A stretch of DNA of 64,000 nt from Candidatus Tayloriibacteriota bacterium (GTDB taxonomy: Bacteria; Patescibacteriota; Minisyncoccia; Phycocordibacterales; PALSA-1337). Position numbers and translations under genes: made by a program. Positions within the stretch are counted from its first letter, which is position 1. Each line of letters starts with the position of its first letter. The stretch lies in contig PLXZ01000001.1 of NCBI GenBank assembly GCA_003151615.1, positions 67,795 through 131,794 of the forward strand, read 5' to 3'. Under the pieces are notes generated by a model that ran no database searches, was not told where the DNA came from, and worked only from the letters and a program-made list of their open reading frames with translations. Shown here one piece after another: positions 9,454 through 19,563 of the stretch.

Positions 9454-10140
9454 ATGAAAAAAATAATTTCAATTACCATTTCCGTGGCGCTCGTTATAGT
9501 AGTCGGTATTATTACATCTTCTGTCTTTGGTAATCATTCCTCGTATCCATTTACAGTGCCGCCACTTAGTCAAGGTGGCACCTCCACTACCACTTCTTCT
9601 GTTATGGCACCCACTCCACAAAAAATTACTGCAACAAGTTCTCGATCAGCTCAAAGTCCAGTCAGTAACAATAATAGCGGTATAGTTCAGTCTCAGGCAA
9701 CAACGACTGCGGCTGATGATTTTACCATTGATTTTCCTGGCCAACCAACACACACCACACAAACATTAACATCTCCGTATCAGGGTCTTCCGATTCAAAG
9801 TGACTCATATCAGTATGACGGATCGGAAACGTTGACTTACATTGTGAATCATATTCAGTATTCCTCAGATATTAATATTTCTGTTCCAAAAAATAATTTA
9901 CAAGGTGTGATGAATGGCGTGTTAAGTTCCGTTAAAGGGGCAGTCATAGCAACATCTACATTTGAGACTTTTGGAGGGTATCCTGCACTTCAATACGAAT
10001 TATACGCAAGCGAAACTGGTACATATGTTTATAGCAAAGCTATATTAATAGGAAATCAGTTGTATCAAATTTCTGTTTTTTACCAAGGTTCTGCACCAAG
10101 CAATATTAATGAATTCATAAATTCATTCAGACTTAAATAA
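9454..10140 (+). CDS. Membrane-anchored surface protein with an S/T-rich linker and a PsbP-like domain
   Basis: N-terminal TM, S/T/Q linker, FTIDFPGQPT...FGGYPA...FINSFRLK. Confidence 0.65.
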   Translation: MKKIISITISVALVIVVGIITSSVFGNHSSYPFTVPPLSQGGTSTTTSSVMAPTPQKITATSSRSAQSPVSNNNSGIVQSQATTTAADDFTIDFPGQPTHTTQTLTSPYQGLPIQSDSYQYDGSETLTYIVNHIQYSSDINISVPKNNLQGVMNGVLSSVKGAVIATSTFETFGGYPALQYELYASETGTYVYSKAILIGNQLYQISVFYQGSAPSNINEFINSFRLK

Positions 10141-10227
10141 AATAGTGAAAGCCTTCTAAGGGAATTTAACCCGACGTGTCTGTGTTATAATTTAACCGTC
10201 ACAATTTAACATAATATATCAATTTTT

Positions 10228-10593
10228 ATGGCTGAAAATGTAATGGTTGGTGGAGCTGTCGATGTGCTTACAGTCGCAAAAGCACAAAAAGGTATACTCT
10301 GGTGTGTCGTCGCAGCGATTGTTATCTTTGGCTTAGGAGCTGTTGTTGCGTGGGCATTTAATCTCTTAGATTTGCCGCTTGCAGTGGTTGAAATTTATTT
10401 TGCATATAAACTCCTTGTTGCGCTTAAATCGAAGTATTGGATTCTTTGGCTGATTGGAATGCTTGTTCCATTTCTTAGTTTCATACTGTTGCTTGTTCTG
10501 AATGACCGAGCTACAAAAGCGATTCGAGCGCAAGGATATAAAGTTGGTTTGATGGGCGCCAACTTGGCAAATATTAGAACCAAGACATCCTAA
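10228..10593 (+). CDS. Small membrane protein
   Basis: 121 aa, three hydrophobic helices, ...GYKVGLMGA. Confidence 0.7.
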   Translation: MAENVMVGGAVDVLTVAKAQKGILWCVVAAIVIFGLGAVVAWAFNLLDLPLAVVEIYFAYKLLVALKSKYWILWLIGMLVPFLSFILLLVLNDRATKAIRAQGYKVGLMGANLANIRTKTS

Positions 10594-10598
10594 CACTT

Positions 10599-11000
10599 AT
10601 GCCGTTATTGGAAACATTAGGAGTGATTGTTGGGATCTTCTTACTTGTCCTAATCATTCTCTTGATTTGCAACTTGCCCTACATGATAAGATCCCGCCGA
10701 ATGGCTAAGGTAGCGAAAGAATTTAATTTATCTTTCTCAAAAGGCAAAGGACGTTTTCAGTTGCTCGTCGATACTGGCACAAAGAGAAATATCATCTCTG
10801 GAAATATTAAAGGACACACTATCGAGGCTTATGATTTCGATGCGTTTGTCTGGGCAACTCGCGGACTCATTAATCATGAATGGGTTTTAGTAGTCGATAG
10901 TAATGAGCAGCAAATAAAATCATTTCCTATAAAAATCCTCGGAACAAGAACGTCTGTTCACAAGATACGCAATATTCTAAGGCAAATTTCTCATAGCTAG
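10599..11000 (+). CDS. Single-TM hypothetical protein
   Basis: 133 aa with an N-terminal TM; co-oriented with the upstream genes. Confidence 0.6.
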   Translation: MPLLETLGVIVGIFLLVLIILLICNLPYMIRSRRMAKVAKEFNLSFSKGKGRFQLLVDTGTKRNIISGNIKGHTIEAYDFDAFVWATRGLINHEWVLVVDSNEQQIKSFPIKILGTRTSVHKIRNILRQISHS

Positions 11001-11079
11001 TTCCGACCCAAATGCGAACGTGATACGGATTCGGTTGAGTAATTACGACATCACACCGAACATAAAAAAATACCACCGA

Positions 11080-12399
11080 CTACTCCAGGGATATTTTCCT
11101 GTCTTTGAGCACCACTTTGCTCTTGAGACATGACAGGAGTTCGCGCTTTTCAGTAATCGTCCCTTCCTTGAGAAGATACTTTGCATACTCGCGCGTATCG
11201 ACGTCAGCCTTGCGATCTTTTGTTTTCATTCCGAGTACACCCATGCGGAATTTGTTGTACCGGATAATCTCCTCCTCGATCTTACCCTTCATGCCAATTT
11301 CATCAAGGTCGATGGTGTCGAGAAGATTGGTCAGCTCATCGATGAGGTCTTTTTCATTGATCGGCTGATTGGTGCAGTCGGTATTCCGTGCTTTGGTACA
11401 CATATAGTAGACATGGCGATTGACGCCGCCATCTTTCAGTTTTTTGAACTTTTCGTCGGCGGTGATGCCGGACTGACAGTATCCGCAAGTGATGAGCTTG
11501 GTGAAGGCGAATTCCTTGCTTTCAGTCTTTGGTATGTACTGCTCTTGGAGTGACGCTTGTACTTTGTCGAAGAGCTCCTTGGTAATGATGGGTTCATGCT
11601 TTCCTTGATACCACATGCCACCACCGGTGGGGTATTCAAACTCTCCGTAGTAGAAGGTATTGCGGAGAATGGTATATAGATTGGCTAAGGAGAGCTTCTT
11701 GTTATTTTTCGTTTTGAAGCCAGTTTGGCTGAGCCACCGATATGTCTGCCGTCCGCTCCATCCACCTGCGACCTTCTCAAATATCTGCCGGATGACAATC
11801 GATCGCCTCGGATCAAGCCGTACCTGACACTTTTTGTCGACATGCTTTTCATTGAGGTAGCCAGTCGGTGCCGTCGACGGTCGCCAACCCATCTCGCATC
11901 GAGCGCGAAGACCGCGCTTCACGTTGATGATCTTTTGGTCGTTTTCGAGCTTTGCTTGCGATCCGAGAATCATGAGCATGAATTTCTCGTTCGGGTTGTT
12001 AGTAAATTTCTGCGTATAGGTGCGTATCTCAAGAAGCTTACCCTGATCGAAAAGGTCGACGACCGCTCCTAGGTCTCCGGCGTTGCGGCTAAGTCTGTCC
12101 GGTGCCCAAGTGAGGATGCCATTAAACTTTCCGGCTCTGATTTCAGAAAGGAGTTCATTGTACACCGCACGCTGTCCAACTTCCTTTGAAGAGTGCGACT
12201 CTCGCTTCACCTCTGTTATTGCAAGCCCTTCTTTTTCGGCAAGTTGCGTCATCTCGCGCACTTGAGATTCGATTGAAAGGGCTTGCTTGTCTTCCTCCTC
12301 AGTCGACTTTCTTGCATACAGGCAGTAGCTCACCTTTATGGGCGCTTGGACGGCCTGCCTGTTAACGCCGCCCAAGGGAGCCCTTAATATTGTATTCAT
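11080..12399 (-). CDS. Large serine recombinase (resolvase + recombinase + zinc-ribbon domains)
   Basis: YARKSTEEEDKQ catalytic motif, DRLSRN, HEPIITKELFDKVQ, CGYC...C..C. Confidence 0.93.
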   Translation of the reverse strand: MNTILRAPLGGVNRQAVQAPIKVSYCLYARKSTEEEDKQALSIESQVREMTQLAEKEGLAITEVKRESHSSKEVGQRAVYNELLSEIRAGKFNGILTWAPDRLSRNAGDLGAVVDLFDQGKLLEIRTYTQKFTNNPNEKFMLMILGSQAKLENDQKIINVKRGLRARCEMGWRPSTAPTGYLNEKHVDKKCQVRLDPRRSIVIRQIFEKVAGGWSGRQTYRWLSQTGFKTKNNKKLSLANLYTILRNTFYYGEFEYPTGGGMWYQGKHEPIITKELFDKVQASLQEQYIPKTESKEFAFTKLITCGYCQSGITADEKFKKLKDGGVNRHVYYMCTKARNTDCTNQPINEKDLIDELTNLLDTIDLDEIGMKGKIEEEIIRYNKFRMGVLGMKTKDRKADVDTREYAKYLLKEGTITEKRELLSCLKSKVVLKDRKISLE

Positions 12400-12519
12400 A
12401 CAGGCACCAAGGTACCGCAACGGTTGGGGGTGTCTAGTGCGTACTAGAGGCCTCGAAGTAGGTAACTTTATGTCCCGAAATACCCTTGTGTGGCTTCATA
12501 TATTCCGTATATCTGACAT

Positions 12520-14382
12520 TTACGGCATGGTAAACTCATCCCCGAAAATATCCTTCAATTTTTCGCCATGCTCCTCTGTAACCGCCGGATCAGGGACGAT
12601 TTTGCCGATATCAATGAACAGGTCTTTCTTCACCTGTAAAGGAACCTTACTTATGAATATATTTCTTTTTAATTTTTTGTCATTTTTATCGTCATCATCG
12701 GGAAGCGTCCGTCCCAAAGCCCTGCGAAGCGCCGAGTTGTGCTGATCGATGCACTCCTTGAGCCTTGCAAGCATGATTTTAATCCGATCATCTATGTCGA
12801 CTTCGTAGATGGCCGACAATTTTGTAAAAAGTACATCGAAAGCCAGGAGCTTTGCATAGCCGTCGATGACGGTCTGCCGTTCATTGACGAATACTTCCTC
12901 GTATCGGGGATTCTTGAACTCCAAGAATGTTTCGTCACCCTGCTTAATCTCCTTAAACATCATCTCTCCCTCGGATATTCCCGAAACGAGTGCCATCGAC
13001 ATGCCATATACGCTAAAAAAGTTCGGTTCACCTTTATCCGTCAGGCCACAGATGAGAAGCTCCTGATCGAGGTGATTGCCTTTTTGCTCCGGATCGTCGT
13101 CTGCGTAGACGAGACCGAGATTCGGTTCATATTCGTCGATCCGCTTTTTGAATTCCTTGACGAACTCATAGTCGGACGCGAAAGCGTAGAGGCTCTCTCC
13201 GGTTATGACTACACCCTCAAACGTCTCGAATGCAACCTTTTCATCAAGCTCTCCTTTCTCCGGAATTTCCATGCCGGAAATTTCCAAAGCTCTGCGGGCA
13301 TTTTCAAGCTCGCTGTCGCAGAGGCCTTTGCTGTAAAGTTTGTCCTGCATCGTTTCATGTTCCGTCCGTTCTCGTGTTGTAAGGGTGCCAGCAGATACGA
13401 GTTTGTTCAGAGTCGTACGGGCGAGAATTTTTTCACGAAGCCATCTTTCGAGAAGCTCTTTGCCATTACTGACGGCAAGCGGCGTGTACTGCTCAAGCAG
13501 ATCGCCGTCAAGCCAGTCCAAGCAGGCATTTTTAAGCATCGCCTCGATCGTGATTCGATGATCCTTCGCATACACTTCTACGGCATCCTTAATTTCATCA
13601 AATGTGACATCGTCCTCATCGTCCGATTCCTGATTTTTCGCCAATGATTTCCCTTTGACTGTAATGCCTTTACCAATGAGGAAGTGCCTTGCTATTTCGG
13701 CGAGAGGAATACAGGCGAAATAGTGGAAGATCTGATATTCTTTGGCGAATTTGTTATAGCAACGCTCGACGACAAGAGTGGCAAGCTTCTCTTTGGCTTC
13801 TGGAGTCAATTTGTCCTGGCCGTCAAAAAGGTTGGCGATGATTTCTTCCTGATCAAGGTACTGATGATCAACTTCGACCTCGGCGTATAGTTCATTGAAT
13901 GATTTTTTGTCCTCGGCGGTGAGATTCTCAAACGCGAGCCGGTAGACGGCGTAGTCGAAATCCATGCCGTCTTTGAGCTTGACAGCTCTCTGTTTTCCTG
14001 CGATTTCCATCGCTCCTTTCACGCTGACCTTCTTAATACGCTCAAGGCTTTCTATGCATTTCTTCATTTGACGTTGATGAGGATATGAGAGCAGGGCAAA
14101 CATCATCGTCGTTTTCCTGAAGTGTCCTGACTGAGCTTCGAGAAGAACGATTTCTGCTTCGATGCCCATACGTCCGGAATATTTCCAGCCTTCATTGAGG
14201 CGGTTCCATTCATGGGATTCAGTATTGTTCTTGGCCTGCCAATTTTCGAGTGCATTTTTGTCCGCTTCAGTCAGAACATCCTTGCCTGTCTTTGCGCGAT
14301 GAACGTCGTTTTGAATGAGCATGAGATAGCGCTCTTTAGGAGTGAGGTTTCCGCGCTGTAGATTTGTTGCGAAGTTTTTCAT
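12520..14382 (-). CDS. Large acidic hypothetical protein (~620 aa)
   Basis: Long ORF; probable start MKNFATNLQRGNLTPKER at 14382; no recognisable motif. Confidence 0.7.
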   Translation of the reverse strand: MKNFATNLQRGNLTPKERYLMLIQNDVHRAKTGKDVLTEADKNALENWQAKNNTESHEWNRLNEGWKYSGRMGIEAEIVLLEAQSGHFRKTTMMFALLSYPHQRQMKKCIESLERIKKVSVKGAMEIAGKQRAVKLKDGMDFDYAVYRLAFENLTAEDKKSFNELYAEVEVDHQYLDQEEIIANLFDGQDKLTPEAKEKLATLVVERCYNKFAKEYQIFHYFACIPLAEIARHFLIGKGITVKGKSLAKNQESDDEDDVTFDEIKDAVEVYAKDHRITIEAMLKNACLDWLDGDLLEQYTPLAVSNGKELLERWLREKILARTTLNKLVSAGTLTTRERTEHETMQDKLYSKGLCDSELENARRALEISGMEIPEKGELDEKVAFETFEGVVITGESLYAFASDYEFVKEFKKRIDEYEPNLGLVYADDDPEQKGNHLDQELLICGLTDKGEPNFFSVYGMSMALVSGISEGEMMFKEIKQGDETFLEFKNPRYEEVFVNERQTVIDGYAKLLAFDVLFTKLSAIYEVDIDDRIKIMLARLKECIDQHNSALRRALGRTLPDDDDKNDKKLKRNIFISKVPLQVKKDLFIDIGKIVPDPAVTEEHGEKLKDIFGDEFTMP

Positions 14383-14383
14383 A

Positions 14384-14599
14384 TCATTTTCGCTTTTTAA
14401 GCGACTGCTCGATGAATTTGACCCGTTCTTCGAGATCAGCGACCTCGATGACTTTCGACAAGGCAAGCGCCACGCGCGAAATGGCAAGGGCGCGGCGCAG
14501 AGTTATTTTCCTCTCGGCCACGTCTTTCAAGGTTTCCGACAGGATTATAGCCGCTTCATCGGCAGTCATATGTTTGTTTGTGATGTTTATATTTTCCAT
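14384..14599 (-). CDS. Small helical phage-like protein
   Basis: ...ITLRRALAISRVALALSKVIEVADLEERVKFIE; tightly packed in the operon. Confidence 0.6.
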   Translation of the reverse strand: MENINITNKHMTADEAAIILSETLKDVAERKITLRRALAISRVALALSKVIEVADLEERVKFIEQSLKKRK

Positions 14600-14615
14600 A
14601 TTATTTTTATGTGTG

Positions 14616-14990
14616 TTACATGTTCTCGACAATCTCGTACCACGCCTTAACCTCCGCCGCCTTACCATCTTTCGTTATCCTTTTATACAAAGCCATGAGT
14701 ACGTTTGGCGTGAGTTTCCGCGCCCATGCGTTTATGCCTGGGACAAGACCATCCTTCTCAATCTTTTTGTTCCAATCAGAAAGGGTGGCGATATTAACGT
14801 TGAACCGTTTGGCGAATTCCGTTTGGGTCTTGATCGACAGAAGGTCAATTGCGACTTCGTCATCGATGCCGAATTTTTCGAGCAATTGTCGAGGCTGCCC
14901 ACGCAGTATCGACGGCATAGCCTTCCACATGAGGTAGGAGTCGAAATCCTGCTTTTTATAGACCTCCTGATTTGCAGAATCCTTAGCCAT
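14616..14990 (-). CDS. HTH protein, terminase small-subunit-like
   Basis: TQTEFAKRFNVNIATLSDW HTH, then ALYKRITKDGKAAEVKAWYE. Confidence 0.55.
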   Translation of the reverse strand: MAKDSANQEVYKKQDFDSYLMWKAMPSILRGQPRQLLEKFGIDDEVAIDLLSIKTQTEFAKRFNVNIATLSDWNKKIEKDGLVPGINAWARKLTPNVLMALYKRITKDGKAAEVKAWYEIVENM

Positions 14991-14991
14991 T

Positions 14992-15750
14992 TCAGTTTAT
15001 CTTCTCAGCTTTTATGCCGGTCAGTTTCTCCCATCGGGCAATGGTGGTTGAGACATATTCCGGATCAATGTCAATGCCCACGCATCTTCGACCAAGATGC
15101 TCGCACGCGATCAAGGTGCTGCCACTACCGAGGAATGGGTCGTATATGCATTCGCCCATTTTCGTGGAATTTGGTATGAGCTTTCGCAAGAGTCCGACAG
15201 GTTTTTGTGTCGGGTGCAGTTTAGACTTTGATGGCTTCGGATGAAATATGATACTTTTAGCTTTTGTCCGCTCCATTTTGTGCCGACCCTTCCATCCGTA
15301 TGCGATGAGCTCGAATTGGGGAAGGTAATCCTTGCGCCCGAGAACGACATGATTTTTCACCCAGACGATCATTTGGCTGTAGTAGAAACCTGCCTGCTTC
15401 ATTCCCGCGCGGAGTGCCGGAAACATCATGTCACCGTTAAAAATGTAGCAGGCGTTGTAGGACTCAAGATGCGGTATGATCGCTTCAAGCCACGTTTTGG
15501 TAAAAGCGGCATATTCGTCATCGCTCTGGAGTTGATCTCCGATGATCACCCTGCCTGTATCGACGCCAAGTTTGCTCAGGTCTCTTTTACCCTCGACGTA
15601 GGCAACTCCGTACGGCGGATCCACTAGTACGCATCTTATTTTTCTGTCGCCAACGACCTTGCTTACAAACGCCGAATCGAGGGAACTGCCGCAGGCAACG
15701 ATATGATTGCTGAGCTTGTATATATCACCTTGTTTAATTTCGGTTTTCAT
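14992..15750 (-). CDS. Orphan N4/N6 DNA methyltransferase (beta class)
   Basis: DPPY...HPTQKPV...DPFLGSGSTL. Confidence 0.9.
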   Translation of the reverse strand: MKTEIKQGDIYKLSNHIVACGSSLDSAFVSKVVGDRKIRCVLVDPPYGVAYVEGKRDLSKLGVDTGRVIIGDQLQSDDEYAAFTKTWLEAIIPHLESYNACYIFNGDMMFPALRAGMKQAGFYYSQMIVWVKNHVVLGRKDYLPQFELIAYGWKGRHKMERTKAKSIIFHPKPSKSKLHPTQKPVGLLRKLIPNSTKMGECIYDPFLGSGSTLIACEHLGRRCVGIDIDPEYVSTTIARWEKLTGIKAEKIN

Positions 15751-17033
15751 ATGAGTTTTGCTTTTTTGTTGGTAAAGGCCTCCCACCGGTCGATGATCAC
15801 AGTGGCGAAGATGAGATCCTGTTCAACGCCGCGCCATTTTCGATTGAGCTGCTCGCAGGCGATTAAGTCGCTGCCACTTCCCGCGAAGCCAGAAAAGACG
15901 ATGTGCCCAGGAGCACTGCACCGCTTCAATGGCTTTTCATTAAGCGACACCGGCTTCTGTGTCGGGTGAGCATAATCCTGGGCGTTGTCGCGTTTCTCGA
16001 GCCAGAGATTAATCATGTCGAAAATTTCCTCATGAACTTGGTTGCCGCTCCCGACTTCCTGATTAAGAATTTCGTTCAGATTCTTCATGTTGCTGTTGAG
16101 GTACGGCTTGCCTCGGATGCCATGAACGCAGGGCTCGTATACTTTATTCCACGCCACTTGCGGGGTCATGTTGAAATTATTTTTAATCCAAAGACAGACA
16201 CGCTTACTATCGATATCATTCTCACGAAAAAGCGTCTGCGTGAGCCATATGAACCGCTCATCGCACCAGTAAAAGAGATGACAGTCTGGCTTCGCTATCG
16301 TGAGCGCTGTCTTTATGCTTGCGTCCAAGAATGCCCCATACTCCACATCTTTTTTCGAGTCCTTTTTGCCGGTAAACGATCCCTCATACTTGCCGGATGT
16401 GCTGACGCCGTTTGAATAGTCCATGCCGATATTAAATGGAGGGTCGCAATATATGATGTCGGCAAGATCGTTGCCCATGAGTTTTTTTACCTGATCCGGC
16501 AGGGTTGAATCGCCGACAAGAAATCGGTGATCGCCAAGTTCCCATATTTCGCCGGGCTTTACTCGCGGTACTTTCGTTTCCTTTAGCGCTTTTTCGATAT
16601 CGTATTGATCGTCGATGACGTCGACATCGTCGAACAATGCTTGTAGTTCATCGTCTCCGAAGCCGACTTCAAGAAGAAGATCCATGTCCATGTCTTTTAG
16701 AAGCTCCTGATCCCACGAGCCGGTGTTCTGATTTTCGCGCAGAGCTGCTTCCTTGTATTCTGATTCCGTCAGCGGTCGATTTGGAATGCGCACATCGATG
16801 ACTTCATCTCCGCGACCCAAAAGATGAAGTATCTTTATTCGTTGATGGCCTGAAATTATCCGATCATCCGTGTTTATAACCGGTATGGACATCAAATTGA
16901 ATTTCTCCAAACTGGCTCGCAGATTACGTTCCTCGGCTTCGGTCAACTTGCGGGGATTTTTGTCCCAGGGCACAAGACCGGATACCTTCCGCTTGACTGT
17001 TGACCATGTCAGGTCCGTTTTTTCTTTTTTCAT
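15747..17033 (-). CDS. ParB-N domain-fused DNA methyltransferase (phage type)
   Basis: NPRKL...IISGHQR ParB-like domain; DPPF; HPTQKP; FAGSGS. Confidence 0.9.
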   Translation of the reverse strand: MKKEKTDLTWSTVKRKVSGLVPWDKNPRKLTEAEERNLRASLEKFNLMSIPVINTDDRIISGHQRIKILHLLGRGDEVIDVRIPNRPLTESEYKEAALRENQNTGSWDQELLKDMDMDLLLEVGFGDDELQALFDDVDVIDDQYDIEKALKETKVPRVKPGEIWELGDHRFLVGDSTLPDQVKKLMGNDLADIIYCDPPFNIGMDYSNGVSTSGKYEGSFTGKKDSKKDVEYGAFLDASIKTALTIAKPDCHLFYWCDERFIWLTQTLFRENDIDSKRVCLWIKNNFNMTPQVAWNKVYEPCVHGIRGKPYLNSNMKNLNEILNQEVGSGNQVHEEIFDMINLWLEKRDNAQDYAHPTQKPVSLNEKPLKRCSAPGHIVFSGFAGSGSDLIACEQLNRKWRGVEQDLIFATVIIDRWEAFTNKKAKLI

Positions 17034-17248
17034 TTTTATAATAAATTAGTTTATAAATTCACATCGACATTATTAATGCGTGCGTATCTGTCGACCGGAA
17101 ACGCACTGTCAACATCAAAGCGTTAACCAAATTAAAGACACAAGTGAGTGGTTAGGGAAAAGAAAAAAGCCTGATTTTTCAGGCTTTTTCACTGTCTGAT
17201 GTCAGGTTATCCCCATCACCGACCAATTTTGGTTAACGACTTGGACAA

Positions 17249-18220
17249 TCATTCGGAATACTTCAATCGATGATTGATACCCCATTTATTACCAGTGTAT
17301 TTGTGAAGTATTTCGGGAAGATTGTTTTTCTTGCACACGTTGCTTATACGTTTAATCTCTTTCGATATGACCTGCTTGGAATGTCCTAGGTCAGTCACAA
17401 GCTCAGAAAGAGTTTTTGAATTTTGGGAATATTTCCTGATGCCATACAGATGTTCAATAATGATGCACGCAAGCGGGGGAAGTTTTTCTTCCGATGTTTT
17501 CTTAAACACACCTCTCGTTGACTGATCGGATAGAAGATAGCCTTTTTCAAGAGCTAGATTGTCGTCAAGCATGATTGATCCGTCTTCTGTCGCGTACGTA
17601 TTTCGGGAAAAAAATTGTTCAACGGCTTCTTTTTTAAGAAAAAGTCCTTTCTCTGTTATTTTCTGGAATAAATCAATTATCGGCACCAGGAGTACTTTAT
17701 CCGGCAAGGAGATTTGCGGCGTTCCAGTATAGAAGACAGCACTTCGAGGTAAATGCGTGATAATGCTGAGTTTCGGCTTCTCGATGTCGTTTATGTCACG
17801 ACAGAAAAAAAGATGATAGTCCGCTCCATTTATCGTTTGCGTGCCCAAACTCCACAGTAAGCTGTCGATACTCTCGGAAATCGTTGGAGACAGAATATCC
17901 ATAGATTTCTGAAATGCACTAAGAAAATTTTCGATATTGAATTGCCACTGCTGTATTTCCGCCGGATTGAAATAATCACGTTTGGCATGTTCATTTTGGG
18001 TACACATTGTGTACGCACGGTCTTTTGAGACGTGATGAACTTCGACGTCTTCATTGTGGCAGGTCACGCACCATATGTTTTTCGGATCGCTCGTCTTTTC
18101 AAGTAAAGCCAAAGCAGGCAGGATATCAAAATCCCTTTTTCGTTTGTTGGCATCGTCGACGGTGATTACGATAGGAAAAAGACGTGCTTGTTTATTGAGT
18201 ATTTCAATTAGAAAATCCAC
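17249..18220 (-). CDS. Hypothetical protein with an N-terminal CxxC and a C-terminal winged HTH
   Basis: 323 aa; CVTCH; TLSELVTDLGHSKQVISKEIKRI. Confidence 0.65.
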   Translation of the reverse strand: MDFLIEILNKQARLFPIVITVDDANKRKRDFDILPALALLEKTSDPKNIWCVTCHNEDVEVHHVSKDRAYTMCTQNEHAKRDYFNPAEIQQWQFNIENFLSAFQKSMDILSPTISESIDSLLWSLGTQTINGADYHLFFCRDINDIEKPKLSIITHLPRSAVFYTGTPQISLPDKVLLVPIIDLFQKITEKGLFLKKEAVEQFFSRNTYATEDGSIMLDDNLALEKGYLLSDQSTRGVFKKTSEEKLPPLACIIIEHLYGIRKYSQNSKTLSELVTDLGHSKQVISKEIKRISNVCKKNNLPEILHKYTGNKWGINHRLKYSE

Positions 18221-18536
18221 GGTCTATTTTTGATTTTTTAAGCACTTGTCCGGCCTTTACGTCGAGATCGTCAAGGTCGTTAAGAGAACTTGTGTCTTTC
18301 CATGTGACGTAAAAGGTCTTCGTCCCGCGCGGATGTTTTTTCGTTGGCTTGAACTTTATTTTCATATCCACACGATTGAGTCGCAAGGAATCGATCTTGT
18401 CGGCGAGTTTTAAAGAATCCAATGTCCGCCAAATCATGTCCGTCCCGGATATACTTTCATTTTTTGTATAAATTTTCATCTGTGTCTGCCCATCTGGTGT
18501 CTTTAAATCAAAGCCTTTGAGCCACCAACCGTCCAC
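18204..18536 (-). pseudogene. C-terminal remnant of a hypothetical gene
   Basis: Starts at an arbitrary GTG 1 nt after the truncated Mod stop; its stop overlaps the next gene as in an operon. Confidence 0.5.
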
Positions 18537-18537
18537 T

Positions 18538-19296
18538 TCAGACTATGAAATCTTTCCATCTTTGTGCATCGACAGTATCTTCTTGGTTATCACTATATAT
18601 CAAATTAAATTTTGGATGGTCGATATTTCGATACCAATAAATAACATTGTGTTTGCGAGGATAATAACTTTTAACTTGTCCCTGGTATGTCCTAAAATGC
18701 CAAATAATTTCATTGACCAGGTTTCCCTCACCGAATATCTCATCCAAAACCATTTTTACATAGTGCCCTTTTTTTTGATCAAGCTGTACAAAGATAGAGC
18801 CATCGGGTGCAAGCAATTCTTTTGCAACGACCAACCTTCTGCGTAAAAATTCAATAAATTCCGCGCCTTTCTTTTTGTCTACATAAGCCCTACTTCCCGA
18901 GGTCGTGGTAGTGAATTCTTCATCAGAAGCAAAGGGTGGGTCAATGTAGATAAGTTTTACCTTACCCTTAACTTTTCCTTTGACAAGCTCGTCTTCATTT
19001 TTATAAAAAGTTTTGAGAATTTGTAGGTTGTCACCGAATACCAAAAGATTATGCCAATCTTTAGCGGCAAGAGGATATTTTTCACCATTAAAGACTTTTT
19101 CAATTTGGAGGGGTACGGCTTTTGCCTCCTCGTTGTCTGCCAAGATATCCTCCTTTCGTGCCTTACCGGCATACACAAGTTCATACTCTTTTTGTTTAGT
19201 TGGAAAAAGAGCATACTTATACTCGGCAGGTATATCCTTACCGTTTTTTAAGCACTCAATTAAATATTCTTTATCGTATGAATTAAGATTCAGCAT
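18538..19296 (-). pseudogene. 3'-truncated type III-like Mod methyltransferase
   Basis: GDNLQILK, VKLIYIDPPF and KMVLDEIFG present; ends at 252 aa with no FxGxG SAM-binding motif; no res gene follows. Confidence 0.8.
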
Positions 19297-19563
19297 AGGG
19301 TACAGCTATGCCGACTAAGATCCCCTTATTAAAAACAAGAAAGGGCACTCCCAGACGGTGTACCCATTCACGAATAGCCAAAGCCATCGATCCTGCCCGC
19401 TGAGAATGCCCTTTCAGGGCGGGATAGATGGACGACATAAAATGCCGAGCTACTCGAATGTAAATGGGTACATTTCATACTGTAACAAAAAAACTAAAAT
19501 TTTGCTAGGTCAAAATAGTCCTCTGTGTTTTAAACCATATTGTTTGAGTGTATAATAGCAACT

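Noticed and set aside
12739-13647. 302-aa + strand ORF and similar long antisense ORFs (e.g. 14364-15179, 24046-24654, 27042-27527)
   Set aside because: Shadows of well-supported genes on the opposite strand, with no motifs of their own.
11080-19296. Intact prophage
   Set aside because: No capsid, portal, large terminase, tail or lysis genes in either island.
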